A stretch of 64,000 nt of DNA from Octopus bimaculoides (Eukaryota), in NCBI RefSeq assembly GCF_001194135.2, contig NC_068983.1, positions 162,618,586 through 162,682,585 of the forward strand. The letters run 5' to 3'. Positions 36,180 through 49,599 of this stretch are shown piece after piece. Both the position numbers and the translations under genes were made by a program. Below the pieces are notes generated by a model, which saw nothing but the letters and a program-made list of their open reading frames with translations, had not been told where the DNA came from and made no database searches. The first letter of the stretch is position 1. Each line of letters opens with the position of its first letter.

Positions 36180-36560
36180 GGGATATCATTCGGAGTTTTC
36201 TTTTCTCAGTCGAGTTCCAGATTATCTTTGCAATTTCGGCTGGTTATACTCGATATTGCTCCAATCTGGCCAGCCTCAAGAAAAAAACTAAGCTAAGAGC
36301 ATTAGATTCCTTGGAAGAAAGCAGCGAATGTATTTGAAAACAGGGACGGGAAAAATGGAGAAACGTCACACAAATACAAATACAGATAACAGGACATAAC
36401 AACAGGAGTCTTTCAACTAAGGACGAATGAAATTAAGCTGACGTGTGTGGAAGTGGAGCCTTACGACAGGGACATAAGAGATGACAGGCATGGGAAGGAA
36501 TATAGGTGTTGCACGGATGGTAGTCGAACCAAGAAAGAAAGGTCAGGCTTGGCCGAACAC
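36180..36560 (-). mobile_element. Possible PLE pseudo-LTR remnant
   Basis: Minus strand has GGCTGG...CCAGCC GAAA TTGCAA (hammerhead-like stem II, GAAA and palindrome; core not intact) at 36228-36281. Confidence 0.35.
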
Positions 36561-36669
36561 CGGTCCCGTGGGGGAGAGAAGAGAGAGAAGTAGATGCAGA
36601 GGGATAGAAAAATTAAGGAGCAGCGAGAAAAAAATGAAAGGGACAGAGTGAAGTGAAAGAGAGGGGAAA

Positions 36670-36722
<53 letters not shown>

Positions 36723-36790
36723 TTACATATATATATTGCATGTGTTTCATTCATTGTGACTGTGCGCAAATGACCCAGGATTTATTTTTT

Positions 36791-37093
36791 AGAGTTAGTA
36801 CTTCTATCGGTAACTTTTGCCAACCGCTAGCTCACGAGGATGTAAACACACCAACATCGGTTGTCAAGTGGTGGTGGAGGAACAGACACAAAGACATACA
36901 CACACAGACACACATATATACATACGACTGGTTTCTTTCTGTTTCCGTTTGCCAAATCCACTTGCAAGGCTTTGGTCGGCCCGAAGTAATGGCAGAAGAC
37001 ACTTGCCAAAGTTGCCGCTCTAAGGTGGGACTGAATCAAGAAACAATCCGGTTGGGAAGCAAGCTTCTAACCACACAACCACGCCTGCACCTA
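36791..37093 (-). mobile_element. SINE family B
   Basis: Both halves recognisable; 3' end truncated. Confidence 0.85.
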
Positions 37094-37177
37094 ACTATAG
37101 CATCAGAGCTTTTTAGCTCTTATTTCTAGCAATGCAGGTATTCTAGCACCCTAGTCATATTTAGTAAATAGGGTGTT

Positions 37178-37216
<39 letters not shown>

Positions 37217-38061
37217 NNNNNNNNNNNNNNNNNNNNNNNNNNNNNNNNNNNNNNNNNNNNNNNNNNNNNNNNNNNNNNNNNNNNNNNNNNNNNNNNNNNN
37301 NNNNNNNNNNNNNNNNNNNNNNNNNNNNNNNNNNNNNNNNNNNNNNNNNNNNNNNNNNNNNNNNNNNNNNNNNNNNNNNNNNNNNNNNNNNNNNNNNNNN
37401 NNNNNNNNNNNNNNNNNNNNNNNNNNNNNNNNNNNNNNNNNNNNNNNNNNNNNNNNNNNNNNNNNNNNNNNNNNNNNNNNNNNNNNNNNNNNNNNNNNNN
37501 NNNNNNNNNNNNNNNNNNNNNNNNNNNNNNNNNNNNNNNNNNNNNNNNNNNNNNNNNNNNNNNNNNNNNNNNNNNNNNNNNNNNNNNNNNNNNNNNNNNN
37601 NNNNNNNNNNNNNNNNNNNNNNNNNNNNNNNNNNNNNNNNNNNNNNNNNNNNNNNNNNNNNNNNNNNNNNNNNNNNNNNNNNNNNNNNNNNNNNNNNNNN
37701 NNNNNNNNNNNNNNNNNNNNNNNNNNNNNNNNNNNNNNNNNNNNNNNNNNNNNNNNNNNNNNNNNNNNNNNNNNNNNNNNNNNNNNNNNNNNNNNNNNNC
37801 ATATATATACATATGCATGTATATATATATATACATATGCATATATATACACATATGCATATATATACATCACAAGAAAACAGAATGAAGAATATTCTCA
37901 TCAATAACGAAGTGCAAGTTTTCAGACATTTGAAGAAACGTCTTATGAGTAACGTCAACCGAAAACATGAAAGTCGTACAATTTCATGATTTTGTTATAT
38001 TGGATATTCCAGTACCACACACACACACACACACACGCGCGCACACACACACACGCGCGCA

Positions 38062-38094
<33 letters not shown>

Positions 38095-38459
38095 GCACAC
38101 ACACACACACGCACGCTTTCTCTCTCACCGTCTGATCATACTTCTACAAGAAGTAATGGTAACTCTTCGTGATTCTGTTTTATTGACTATTCCAATGCCC
38201 CCCCCCTCTCTCTCTCTCATGAAGTAGTTGTAACAAACGCATATGTGGCCCAAAGAGAAGCATCTATGTATTTACTGAATGTGCTAGAAGTAATAGACAA
38301 ATCCCTCTCAAATTCTGTTCGACTGTCTTAAAATAGAGGCTGAATCATTAGACAACCTCTCTTTGCAGATTGTGAAAAAGGGTTGAGGTGTTATCGACTG
38401 AAACACCTTGAATCATAAGTATCGATTAGGACAGATTTGGATTTGGGTGTTACTGCTTT

Positions 38460-38930
38460 GTCACTCCACTCACTCACTCATTCCCTCTCTCTTTCCCTCC
38501 TTGCTTCACTCACTCACTCACTCACTCATTCTCTCACTCACTCATTATCTCACTCATCTTCTTATTCACTCACTTATTCACTCTCTCATCTTCTTACTCG
38601 CACGCTCACTCATCCTCTCACTCACTCAATCACTCATTCACTCAGTCACTCACTAACTCGCTCATCTCACCCGCTCATTCATTCATCCCATCCCTCACTC
38701 ACTCATTCACTCACTCACTCACTCACTCACTCACTCCTCGCTCACTCACTCATCCTTTCACTCACTCGCTCACTCACTCACTCACTCGCTCACTCACTCA
38801 TCCTCTCACTCACTCCTCACTCATCTTTTCACTCACTCACTCACTCGCTCACTTATCCTCTCACTCACTTTTCACTCATCCTCTCACTTGCTCGCTCACT
38901 CATCTTCCCACTCATCTTCTCACTCACACA
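38460..38930. repeat. Degenerate (ACTC)n satellite
   Basis: About 470 bp of ACTC/TCAC units with substitutions. Confidence 0.9.
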
Positions 38931-39129
38931 CACGCAACTAAAATCCAATTACAGACTGAAATGTGACTCTAATCTCCCGTCTTTATATATTTTAGTTCCA
39001 ACATCCAAATGATTGTAATTGGAGACAGTTAAGTGATGCATACAGAATATTTCATTGGCTTATTAATGCTATAAACGGACCAATCACAACAGAAGCAGCG
39101 TTCCAATCGATCTTCTCAGCAGAATTATA

Positions 39130-39346
39130 AATCCTTTCTACTATAGGCACAAGGCCTGGATTTTTGTGGGGAGGGGACAAGCGACCACATCGACCCCAGT
39201 GCTAGACTGGTACTTAATTTATTGACTCCGAAAGGATGAAAGGCATAGTCGACTTCAGCAGAATCTGAACTCAGAACGTAGAGACAGACGAAATACCGCT
39301 AAGCATTTCGTCCGGCGTGCTAACGATTCTGCCAGCTCGCCGCCTT
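39130..39346 (-). mobile_element. SINE family A, full length
   Basis: Near-consensus copy, flanked by AGAATT(A/C)TAAAT on both sides (candidate TSD). Confidence 0.9.
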
Positions 39347-39613
39347 TCTGTAGAATTCTAAATGAGATGAAAACTTGAAAATTTGAAATTGGACAGATCT
39401 GTTTGCTTACTGTCGGTACCCTTGGTGGTCATTCTTCTGTTTTGTACAATAAACATCCTTATTTAGATATTCGTTCTCAGTCATTTTAACGACTGACCAC
39501 CAGCGTAGTTTTGAACTGTTGCCATGAATCTGTAATCTCTTGTTCTGGATATTATTTTCTATCATAAGATTGAACACTGGACTATTTTTCTTGAATGAAC
39601 TGTCATTGCTTTC

Positions 39614-40098
39614 AATGTCCCTATAATGACCAGAGAATTCCATCGAATTTCAAATGATGTCTTGAATATTGTATTTAATTGAATTTCGTCTGTCTTTACG
39701 TTCTGAGTTCAAATTCCGCCGAGGTCGACTTTGCCTTTCATACCTTTCGGGGTCGATTAAATAAGTACTAGTGACGCACTAGGGTCAATGTAATCGACTT
39801 AATCCCTTTGTCTGTCCTTGTTTGTCCCCTCTATGTTTAGCCCCCTGTGGGCAATAAAGAAATAAATGTCTCTATAATGACCAAAACATTCCATTGAATT
39901 TCAAATGATGAATATTTTGTTTTTAATTGTATTTCGTCTGTCTTTAAGTTCTGAGTTCAAATTCCACCGAGGTCGATTTTATCTTTCATCCTTTCGGGGT
40001 CGATAGTTTAAGTACCAGTTGCGTACTGGGCGTCCGATCTAATCGACTGGCTCCCTCCCACAAAATTTCGGGCCTTGTACCTAGAGTAGAAAAGAATG
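39614..40098 (+). repeat. Tandem duplication (period about 250 bp) of flank plus 5'-truncated SINE A
   Basis: AATGTCCCTATAATGACC...GAATTTCAAATGATG...TTTCGTCTGTCTTTA..TTCTGAGTTCAAATTCC starts at 39614 and again at about 39865. Confidence 0.85.
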
Positions 40099-40102
40099 CT
40101 GT

Positions 40103-40569
40103 ATTTAACTTTTACTTTTGTCAGTCATTAGACTGCGGCCATGCTGGGGTACCACATTGAAGAACTTTTAGTTGAATGAATAGACCCCAGTACGTATTTT
40201 TTTTAAAGCCTGGTACTTATTCTATCGGTGTCTTTTGCCGAACCGCCATATTACTGGGACATGAACACACTAACGCCGGTTGTCAAGCGGTGGTGGGGGG
40301 AAAAACACAGCCACAAAGACATGCACTCACTCACACATATACNNNNNNNNNNNNNNNNNNATATATATATATATATATATATATATACGATGAGCTTCTT
40401 CCAGTTTCCGTCTATCGTATCCACTCACAAAAGCTTTGGTCGGCCCGAGGTTATAGTGGAAGACACTTGCCACGCAGTGGGACTGAACTCGGAACCATGT
40501 GGTTGGGAATCAAACTTCTTACCACACAGCGACCCCTACACCTATTCCACACAGCGACGCCTGCACCTA
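40103..40569 (-). mobile_element. SINE family B, full length, with a 25-bp head duplication
   Basis: Both halves present; CCACACAGCGAC..CT.CACCTA is repeated at 40522 and 40547. Confidence 0.9.
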
Positions 40570-41152
40570 AATTTAAATATTATTTGTACAGAACTAAAGT
40601 ATTTTTCATGAGTGAAATTAAACAAGTTATGTGAAAATAGAAATGAAACTTCAAATAAGTTATTTTTAATACTGACTGATTGCTATTTATAGCACAGCTC
40701 GTTCTTCTATCCAGCTTCTCACAAATATCGTTAGCATAGTTTCTATTTCACTGCATTTCGTAACCCGACGATAACTTCACAACAGGTTAAACAAAAAGAA
40801 TGAAAAGACATTAGTCGACAACACAAATATATTTTTATATAAAATATCTTCAAAAATAATATCAACAACAACAGAAACGAAAGAGATTACGTCAGGGAAT
40901 CTATATTAATAGCAAAAATATTAACTTAACACGCAGATATAAGCAGCACTTCGATAGTAAGAAATATCAGTTACCAAAGCTGGTTATTTATGAGGTTGGG
41001 AAGAATTAGAAATTATGAAACCCATTTAGAATCTCAACATTTTTCTAAAAGAAAAATATGCTGTCAGCGCTCATCTACAATCAAATTCTCAATTTATTTT
41101 ATTTTCCCAGTGTTATTTGAAAATTTCAGTGTAGTAAATTAGCTATATACTA

Positions 41153-41546
41153 CAGGATAGCCATAAAGTCACGCACCGTCATGCAATATGTGAAATTGCT
41201 AACATTCTGGGGCTACGCGAGCCAATTGAATGGACACGACGGTCATCAGACTTAACTAGACTTAACTCCCATGGACTTTTTCTTCTGGGGCTACATTAAA
41301 CCCCTTGTGTATTCTGAAAAGGTTCGTGACCAAGGACTTCTTCTTCAAAGAATTGTTGAAGCGTGTGATCAAGTCAACGGCAAGGAACAGCTATTTGAGA
41401 GGGTTCATCACAATTCCAAATTCCGTATGAGCATTCGTTTAGAGCTACATGGCCAACGCTTTGAATATTTCTAATGGATTACCTACTTCGTTGCTAATAA
41501 AGCATACTTGATTTTTCCCGTGGTGCATGACTTCATGACCATCCTG
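41153..41546 (+). mobile_element. Tc1/mariner-superfamily deletion derivative
   Basis: 25-bp TIRs CAGGAT(A/G)G(C/T)CAT(A/G)AAGTCA(C/T)GCACC (21 of 25 match), TA on both sides; internal WTRRSSDLT..MDFFFWGYIKPLVY...HGQRFEYF* is a transposase C-terminus. Confidence 0.85.
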
Positions 41547-42561
41547 TAAAGTGCTACTACAGTGTTAGTAAGCAAAGGTGAAGGTTATATTTCCACTAAC
41601 GACCGTTACTTATTATGTCCAGTCACTAATCGTGAGTATGATTGTTCATAGCTTTGGCACGACTTGATAAGCTTTCTCCATACTGATCAGTTTTTCACTT
41701 GGGTTTACCATTTTTTTTATAATCAACTTCTTTCCACTTCATATTTCTTTTTTGCAGCATCTTTGAATTTCACTCTACGTCTTCCATGGTTTCTTTTCCC
41801 CTTTGCATAGTCAGGAGAAAAGGATTTTTCCGGGTAGTCTGTTGTTGTCCATCCTGTGTCCATGTTCGACCCAACATAAATTTCTATCAATGAGGATTTC
41901 CATCACAGGAGAGAAACCAGCACTCCATAAGATCGCTTTACTCCTGATCTTGTCAGAGAGTGATATTCATAACGCGTTACGTTGTCTCATCATATGTGCA
42001 TATAACTTGTCTACAGACGACTGTAAAGTAATAAAAACATATGCAGTTGTCTCCCGTTGATCGCTCTTCTTGAGCGTAAATATCGTTGGTTAATCCGTTA
42101 TATTTCCCAATGACTTTGTTTAATCCCATTGTCGGTAATTCTGGGGTTTAAAAAGGTGAAATCCAGTTCTGTTTTACCGAAATATAAAGCCAGTAACTTA
42201 TGTGTATTGAACGTTTTATGATTGCGTCAAAATATCGGGTGACAGACTCCCAACAAAAAATGCAGTGTTAACGAATGGCAAACAAGGGATATCAAAGTGT
42301 TCCCTTGATACTCAACTAGAGCTAATAAACCGGAAATAACCACCAGAATGGAGCTGAATATAAAAGATTAATAAAGGAAGAGGAAACATCCAGAATATAA
42401 CTACAGCATAAATGTAGTTTCAATAACAAGCGCGCGTGCACACACATACACACACACACAAGCTCACACGCACAAGCACACACACATACAGACATATACA
42501 CATGTATATATACATACGCACATATATGTATATATACATACATATATAGAGATATATATGC

Positions 42562-42628
<67 letters not shown>

Positions 42629-42785
42629 CACATGCATATATAGATATGCGTTCACGCATACATGCATACACATACACACACACACTAGAACGTATACACA
42701 TATATATACACTTATAGAAGATACATTTAGGAATAAATTACTATCAATGTGTATGCGTGTGTGTAAATACACACACTACACACAC

Positions 42786-42844
<59 letters not shown>

Positions 42845-45232
42845 AAAAAAACAATAACAAAAAAACAAAAAAACAACAAAGTGAGGACGTGATATGGATA
42901 GTATTATTGGACGCTCAGGAAAGGAAAGAGAGAGTGCATATATATATACATACACATACATACATATACTATTTTGAAACAAAATTCTACACACACAAAC
43001 ATATAAGTATGAAATATATATACATATATGCATACATACACACACACACGTACACACACGTACACACGCACACACACACACATACACGCTCACACACACC
43101 CTACACACAAGTATGATTGCCTTTTTCGAATGCACATTCATACCTAATGAGTCCCTTTCAGTTTAAGACCTTACAAGCATCACATGAGAAAAAGCAACCA
43201 AGCCACATAACGTCTGTGTATGTGTGTGTGTGCATATATATATATATATATATATANNNNNNNNNNNNNNNNNNNNNNNNNNNNNNNNNNNNNNNNNNNN
43301 NNNNNNNNNNNNNNNNNNNNNNNNNNNNNNNNNNNNNNNNNNNNNNNNNNNNNNNNNNNNNNNNNNNNNNNNNNNNNNNNNNNNNNNNNNNNNNNNNNNN
43401 NNNNNNNNNNNNNNNNNNNNNNNNNNNNNNNNNNNNNNNNNNNNNNNNNNNNNNNNNNNNNNNNNNNNNNNNNNNNNNNNNNNNNNNNNNNNNNNNNNNN
43501 NNNNNNNNNNNNNNNNNNNNNNNNNNNNNNNNNNNNNNNNNNNNNNNNNNNNNNNNNNNNNNNNNNNNNNNNNNNNNNNNNNNNNNNNNNNNNNNNNNNN
43601 NNNNNNNNNNNNNNNNNNNNNNNNNNNNNNNNNNNNNNNNNNNNNNNNNNNNNNNNNNNNNNNNNNNNNNNNNNNNNNNNNNNNNNNNNNNNNNNNNNNN
43701 NNNNNNNNNNNNNNNNNNNNNNNNNNNNNNNNNNNNNNNNNNNNNNNNNNNNNNNNNNNNNNNNNNNNNNNNNNNNNNNNNNNNNNNNNNNNNNNNNNNN
43801 NNNNACACACACACACACACACACACACACACGTACACACATACACACGCATGCACCCCGACACGCACACTCACACACATGAAAACAGAGCCGGGGAGAT
43901 CGGCATAAAAAACGAACTCACAATACAAAGTGTAGCCTGAGACTAAATTATTTTCATTAAGAAATATTGAGAAGGAAGAATGGTATTATGGATGTTCTTC
44001 AAAGTTTACAGAGTTGAATGCCTCTGTTTGTGAGTTCTAATCTATCCAAATATGGCTAGGTTTGTGTCTCCGTATCCTGATTTTTTTTACTATCATATAT
44101 TAGTCAGTTTAGTACTATATAACTGGGCAGTCTAGTATTATATACCAGTTAGTCTAATAATATATGTCTTTAAAGCCTGTATTAAAGTTCAACGCTTGAA
44201 TGTATTTTAGTTGTTTAATCAAGAGGAATTGATTGAGCTCATTAGGTTAATTAGATGGTTAGGGTTGAGTTCATTATGAGCTTTTGTAGGTTTCTATCTG
44301 TCGGTAATTATCTGCTGGAAAAAGGTAGGAGGAGATGGTCATTTTGTGGGGAATCGGGACTGGAATATGTTTTTTTGTGTAGGTATTGGGGAATGATGGA
44401 ATATAGTAGTGAGGAACCAGAGAAGAAGGGACATGTATAGAGTGGTGTGCGACTTGATAGTTCAGCTGCGAAGTTGTTGTCGTAGTGATGTGAGGAGTCA
44501 GAACACCTAGGGACCAACGAAATTAAATCAAAAACCAGAAAACCATATACCATAAATTTATCCACAAGACTCAAGAGCCAGTATGGACTAAACAATACCA
44601 AATTGCCGTAGAAAATGGAAATATATTTGACAGTAAAATGACCTGAGATACATAGAATTAAGTGTTCTGGCCAGTGATACAAAGAAATTGTTGCAGAGAA
44701 TGTAGAGCCATGCTTAATAAATAGGTAATATACCTTACCCAATAAGCTATTTTGAATCTTTATATCTGCCATATCGCCATAAAATGTTGATCTTTTATTC
44801 GCCGATGTTAGCAGTTATCTGCAGAATATGTTAAATCATCTGATTGTTGTCCGCTTCCAACAAAAGTTGTGTGACAGTTTTCACATTTGAAATGCTTCAT
44901 TCTCCTGAAAATATCTGAAAAACCGATGCAGTTCAATTCAGAATTGCCAAAAACTTTTATTTTACGCTGTCTTTGTAGTAATTTCATTTTATATGTCTGT
45001 TTAAGTAAGACTCATTCCAAAGCACGGTGCCGAAACACGGTAAAATACATGAAACTTTAATAAGTCAAAATCAAGTTATTAGAAAGTCTCACTTCAACAG
45101 AACATGAATATTAGATCATGGACACTAGAGTAATTAGCTAAATGTACTAATTACCATAATAAAAAACTAGATAACTTAATGTACTAATTAAACACAACCC
45201 AAGTATCTTAACTTTTATCATTTCATTAGCTT

Positions 45233-45445
45233 TAAAGCAGTGAACTGGCAGAATCCTTAGGGTGTCAGAGAAAACGTTTTGCAATATTTCTTCTAATTCA
45301 TTAGGTTCTGAGTTCAAATGCCGCTGGAGTCAACTTTGCGTTTCTTCCTTTCAGGGTCTATATAAACACAATACCAAATACTAGAGGTTATGTTATGAAT
45401 TAAACCACTCCTTCCAAAATTACTACCCTTTTCCTAAATCAGAAT
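45233..45445 (+). mobile_element. SINE family A, degraded
   Basis: GAACTGGCAGAATCCTTAG...TTCTGAGTTCAAATGCCGC...GTCAACTTTGC. Confidence 0.7.
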
Positions 45446-45997
45446 CCATTATTTCGCTAGTTTCACTTTTATGGTGTATTGTCATTGTACAAGCGAGCTC
45501 TGTTTACTTTGGGCATGCTCAATGACATAATTTTGTACTGAAATATTCTCTGTAATAAATGTCATTGTTTAGCATCAACCATTTACCTTTGTACAACCAC
45601 GTCTGAAATTCTCTTTCTCCCAGGCGTCCACTTGCTTCTGTTGAAAATAAGCCCCAACTGCGGTGATGTGTTTAGTGTCGAAAGGCATATAAAAATCATG
45701 GACTCAAACCAGCCAATTGACATAAATTAAAGAAAATAACATTTTATTATCCTATTTGCTGTCAAAGTTTTATATTTACAGAAAGATGATCCGGTGATCC
45801 GGTAATACAAAATTTGTAGCTCCGGCCATACAAAATTTGCCTAAAAAAACTCTGCCCAATCCAACTTTGGAATTGGGTCTCGAAGCTTAATGCTATATAT
45901 TGGGTTGGAAAACATCTTTGGATATGAAAAGTCGAAGGCTGCTCATGGAATATGAACCCACGTCTCCTGTATATATATATATATATANNNNNNNNNN

Positions 45998-46033
<36 letters not shown>

Positions 46034-46671
46034 AAACAGTGGCACAACAAGGTACTAATTTTCGCTAGAAATAGCAGTCGATAACCGTTCGACGCTACGT
46101 AAAGCATTATTTCGCTGGAAAATAATATTATTTCATTGTAATAATAATAATAATAATAAATATATATATATGTATGTATATGTAGATAAACAGACAGATC
46201 TGTTGTATACACATAAATGTAAAGGATGTTCATCATATACACTGACAGCGGTTCCTTTTCTTACAACTTCCTGCAAAACCTTAGAGGTACCAATAGTAGT
46301 TTCCCTTTAACATATAACTTATAATTTGCATATAACACCATTATGCAGATTATCTCGTCAGGCGCTCAGTTGTAAGCCTAACACTTTACCAGCTTGTGGT
46401 TTTCATTTTATTTATATTTCTGTAGGAATGAAAAGTCTATAGAATTTTGATGACTCATTCGTACAGTTGTTGTGAATCAATAATTATTTTCGTAATAGCG
46501 ACAAAACATATTCTTGTGAACGTCTTTAAATGTTTATGGTATTCACGTCATTAGAAAGCCGGTGCATATTTAGCCAGACACTTCTAATGAACACATCTCC
46601 ATAGAAACACAAAAATATTTCCGCAAGAATTCACCGAGATATAGAATTCAATAACAGTAATTATTAATTGA

Positions 46672-46850
46672 GACACAAGGTTAGCAATTTTAAAGGGAGG
46701 GGTTTAATCGATACTTCGCTGGTTCTTCATTTTATCGACCCTGTAAAAAAAAAATGAAAGGCAAAGTTGACGCTGGCAGGATATGAATCCCGAGCGTAAA
46801 GAATCGCTACAAGGCATATTCTTCGATGTTCTAATGATTCAAACAGCTAG
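46672..46850 (-). mobile_element. SINE family A, degraded
   Basis: TTTTATCGACCC...ATGAAAGGCAAAGTTGAC. Confidence 0.7.
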
Positions 46851-47764
46851 CCAATAATGATTTCATATTTTGGCACAAGGCCAGCAAGCTCTGGGGAGAG
46901 CTGTTTATCGTGATATAAGATCACCATGTCGCACACATATGGTTGCGATGCATGTGCCTGGTGTACCCTTATCAGACGGGTAGTCATGATGGGTATACTG
47001 GGCTTATATTTGACCTCAATGTCACTTTGATGGCATGCATTGCTCTCTCACTCTATAATAATAATAATAATTTCAAGGTACGCCAGCCTACTCCGCGACT
47101 TCTTTCTAGCTTTGCTCTTTCATGACATTCAATAAGTGTATCGTACTCTTCCTTTGTCCACTTATGTCTGTTTTTGCGCATACCGAGTATGTTATCTGTT
47201 GTGATATAACGACCGTCCGTTTCAGGTCAAAACACAAAGCGTGAAGAAATGTGTAGATTACTGTTAAAAGGTATGAGTTAGTCTTATGAGGGATGAGTAC
47301 AATCAATGGAATCATGTACCTAGAATATTGAATATTACTGGTATGTGCTTTAGTAAAAGAGGAAAGTTGGTCTTTATGAAATTTTGATTGAAAAGTTTTA
47401 AACACGGAGTTATGGACAGTCCTTAAGTGCAATACTTCATCTAATTTGCTACATTTTTCGCAGTGTTGGGAGAACGTATTTTATGACCATAAGCATCATG
47501 AAGTACATATTTTATTAGTTTAGTCCGGCAGTAATTAGCATAATTAAAAAAAAACAACAAATAGCGTAAGCCAAAGGAATGATTTCAAGTGAGCCAATAG
47601 CATGAAGTTAAATTAAAGGGTGATCTATTGAATGTCGAGTGTAAAATATTTTTATCAAATTGAAATTTTCCTAAATTTCATCGATGTATTATTACATTAT
47701 TTCTATTGCTTGCTGCCGGATATCACGTTATCAACTTGCAAGGAAAATGGCCTAAATGATGTGA

Positions 47765-47918
47765 GAGAGAGAGGGAGATAGAGAGATAGATAAGGAGGGA
47801 GGGAGGGAGGGAGAAAGAGCGAATAAGGTAGGACGATGAAGGACATTGAGAATTAAGAAGGAACCGAGAGTGTAATTGAGAGTGATAAGTGCGGAGTGTG
47901 AGGCCGTGAGATATAAGC

Positions 47919-47990
<72 letters not shown>

Positions 47991-48281
47991 GAGAGAGAGG
48001 GAGAGATGAGGATCACAGAAAGAAAGGGGGAAAAAGAGAACTAATAAAATAGAGAAAAATGTAAAGAGGGGCAGTGATAGAGGAACGCAGGAAGGAAGGT
48101 AGATAGACGAAAAGAAAGAAAGAATAGGGATTAGAGAGACAAAATGAGAGAGAGAGAGAGAGTGAGTGAGTGAGAGAGAGAGCAAGAACGTGAGAGAGAG
48201 AGAGAGTGAGCAAGAAAGTGAGAGAGAGAGAGAGTGAGCAAGAAAGAGAGAGAGAGAGAGCAAGAAAGAGAGAGAGAGAGC

Positions 48282-48378
<97 letters not shown>

Positions 48379-48385
48379 CGAGGTA
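47765..48385. repeat. GA-rich polypurine/microsatellite block
   Basis: (GA)n runs with interspersed GCAAGAAA units. Confidence 0.9.
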
Positions 48386-48796
48386 TATGGAAATACGATA
48401 ATGAAGTGAGTGAAAAGATAAAAGAAAAATAGATGAGAAATAGATCTTGAAAATGGTTGATGAAAATAGAATGCCAAAAAGGAACAATGTTTAGATTTAA
48501 GAGTGAAAGTATTATCGAAGAATACGTTGTGATATCTGATATCAGTATATTGTGATAAACAATATAGGAAAGATGTATGAACAACTTGAGTCAGCCAAAA
48601 TGGCGGCATTTGGTGGATATCAGAAGCAGAGACACGCAAGGAAAAAATGCATTTTGTCTATCATTGAGTTGATTAGCATAAAAACAAACAGCAATTTATC
48701 AGCAAATAAAATGAAATAGAATCGCAGTTCAATAAAAATCGGGAAATAATGAAACAGACGCCTCTCCCCCAATAACAAGGATTAGGAGGGAGGGAA

Positions 48797-48828
<32 letters not shown>

Positions 48829-49392
48829 AAGAGTAAGAAGAATTTACATTGATGAATAGTTTTATATTGAACTACGAACTAAATATCGTTATTAATTACA
48901 ATTGTTTAAAAAGTGATCNNNNNNNNNNNNNNNNNNNNNNNNNNNNNNNNNNNNNNNNNNNNNNNNNNNNNNNNNNNNNNNNNNNNNNNNNNNNNNNNNN
49001 NNNNNNNNNNNNNNNNNNNNNNNNNNNNNNNNNNNNNNNNNNNNNNNNNNNNNNNNNNNNNNNNNNNNNNNNNNNNNNNNNNNNNNNNNNNNNNNNNNNN
49101 NNNNNNNNNNNNNNNNNNNNNNNNNNNNNNNNNNNNNNNNNNNNNNNNNNNNNNNNNNNNNNNNNNNNNNNNNNNNNNNNNNNNNNNNNNNNNNNNNNNN
49201 NNNNNNNNNNNNNNNNNNNNNNNNNNNNNNNNNNNNNNNNNNNNNNNNNNNNNNNNNNNNNNNNNNNNNNNNNNNNNNNNNNNNNNNNNNNNNNNNNNNN
49301 NNNNNNNNNNNNNNNNNNNNNNNNNNNNNNNNNNNNNNNNNNNNNNNNNNNNNNNNNNNNNNNNNNNNNNNNNNNNNNNNNNNNNNNNNNNN

Positions 49393-49447
<55 letters not shown>

Positions 49448-49599
49448 GCACACACACAGAGGAATGTATGTATGTATATGTATGTACGTATGTATGTAGT
49501 TGTTTTCATAGTGTTTCTTATTTGCGCATCACTTAAAGCTAATCCGGAGGAGACACTGAAAAGTTGTCTCCGGATCACGTTTTGCACAGACGAAAAAAA

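Noticed and set aside
44308-44772. 154-aa minus-strand ORF as PLE RT or host gene
   Set aside because: Only vague resemblance to RT motifs, with no DD catalytic motif; not supportable without a search.
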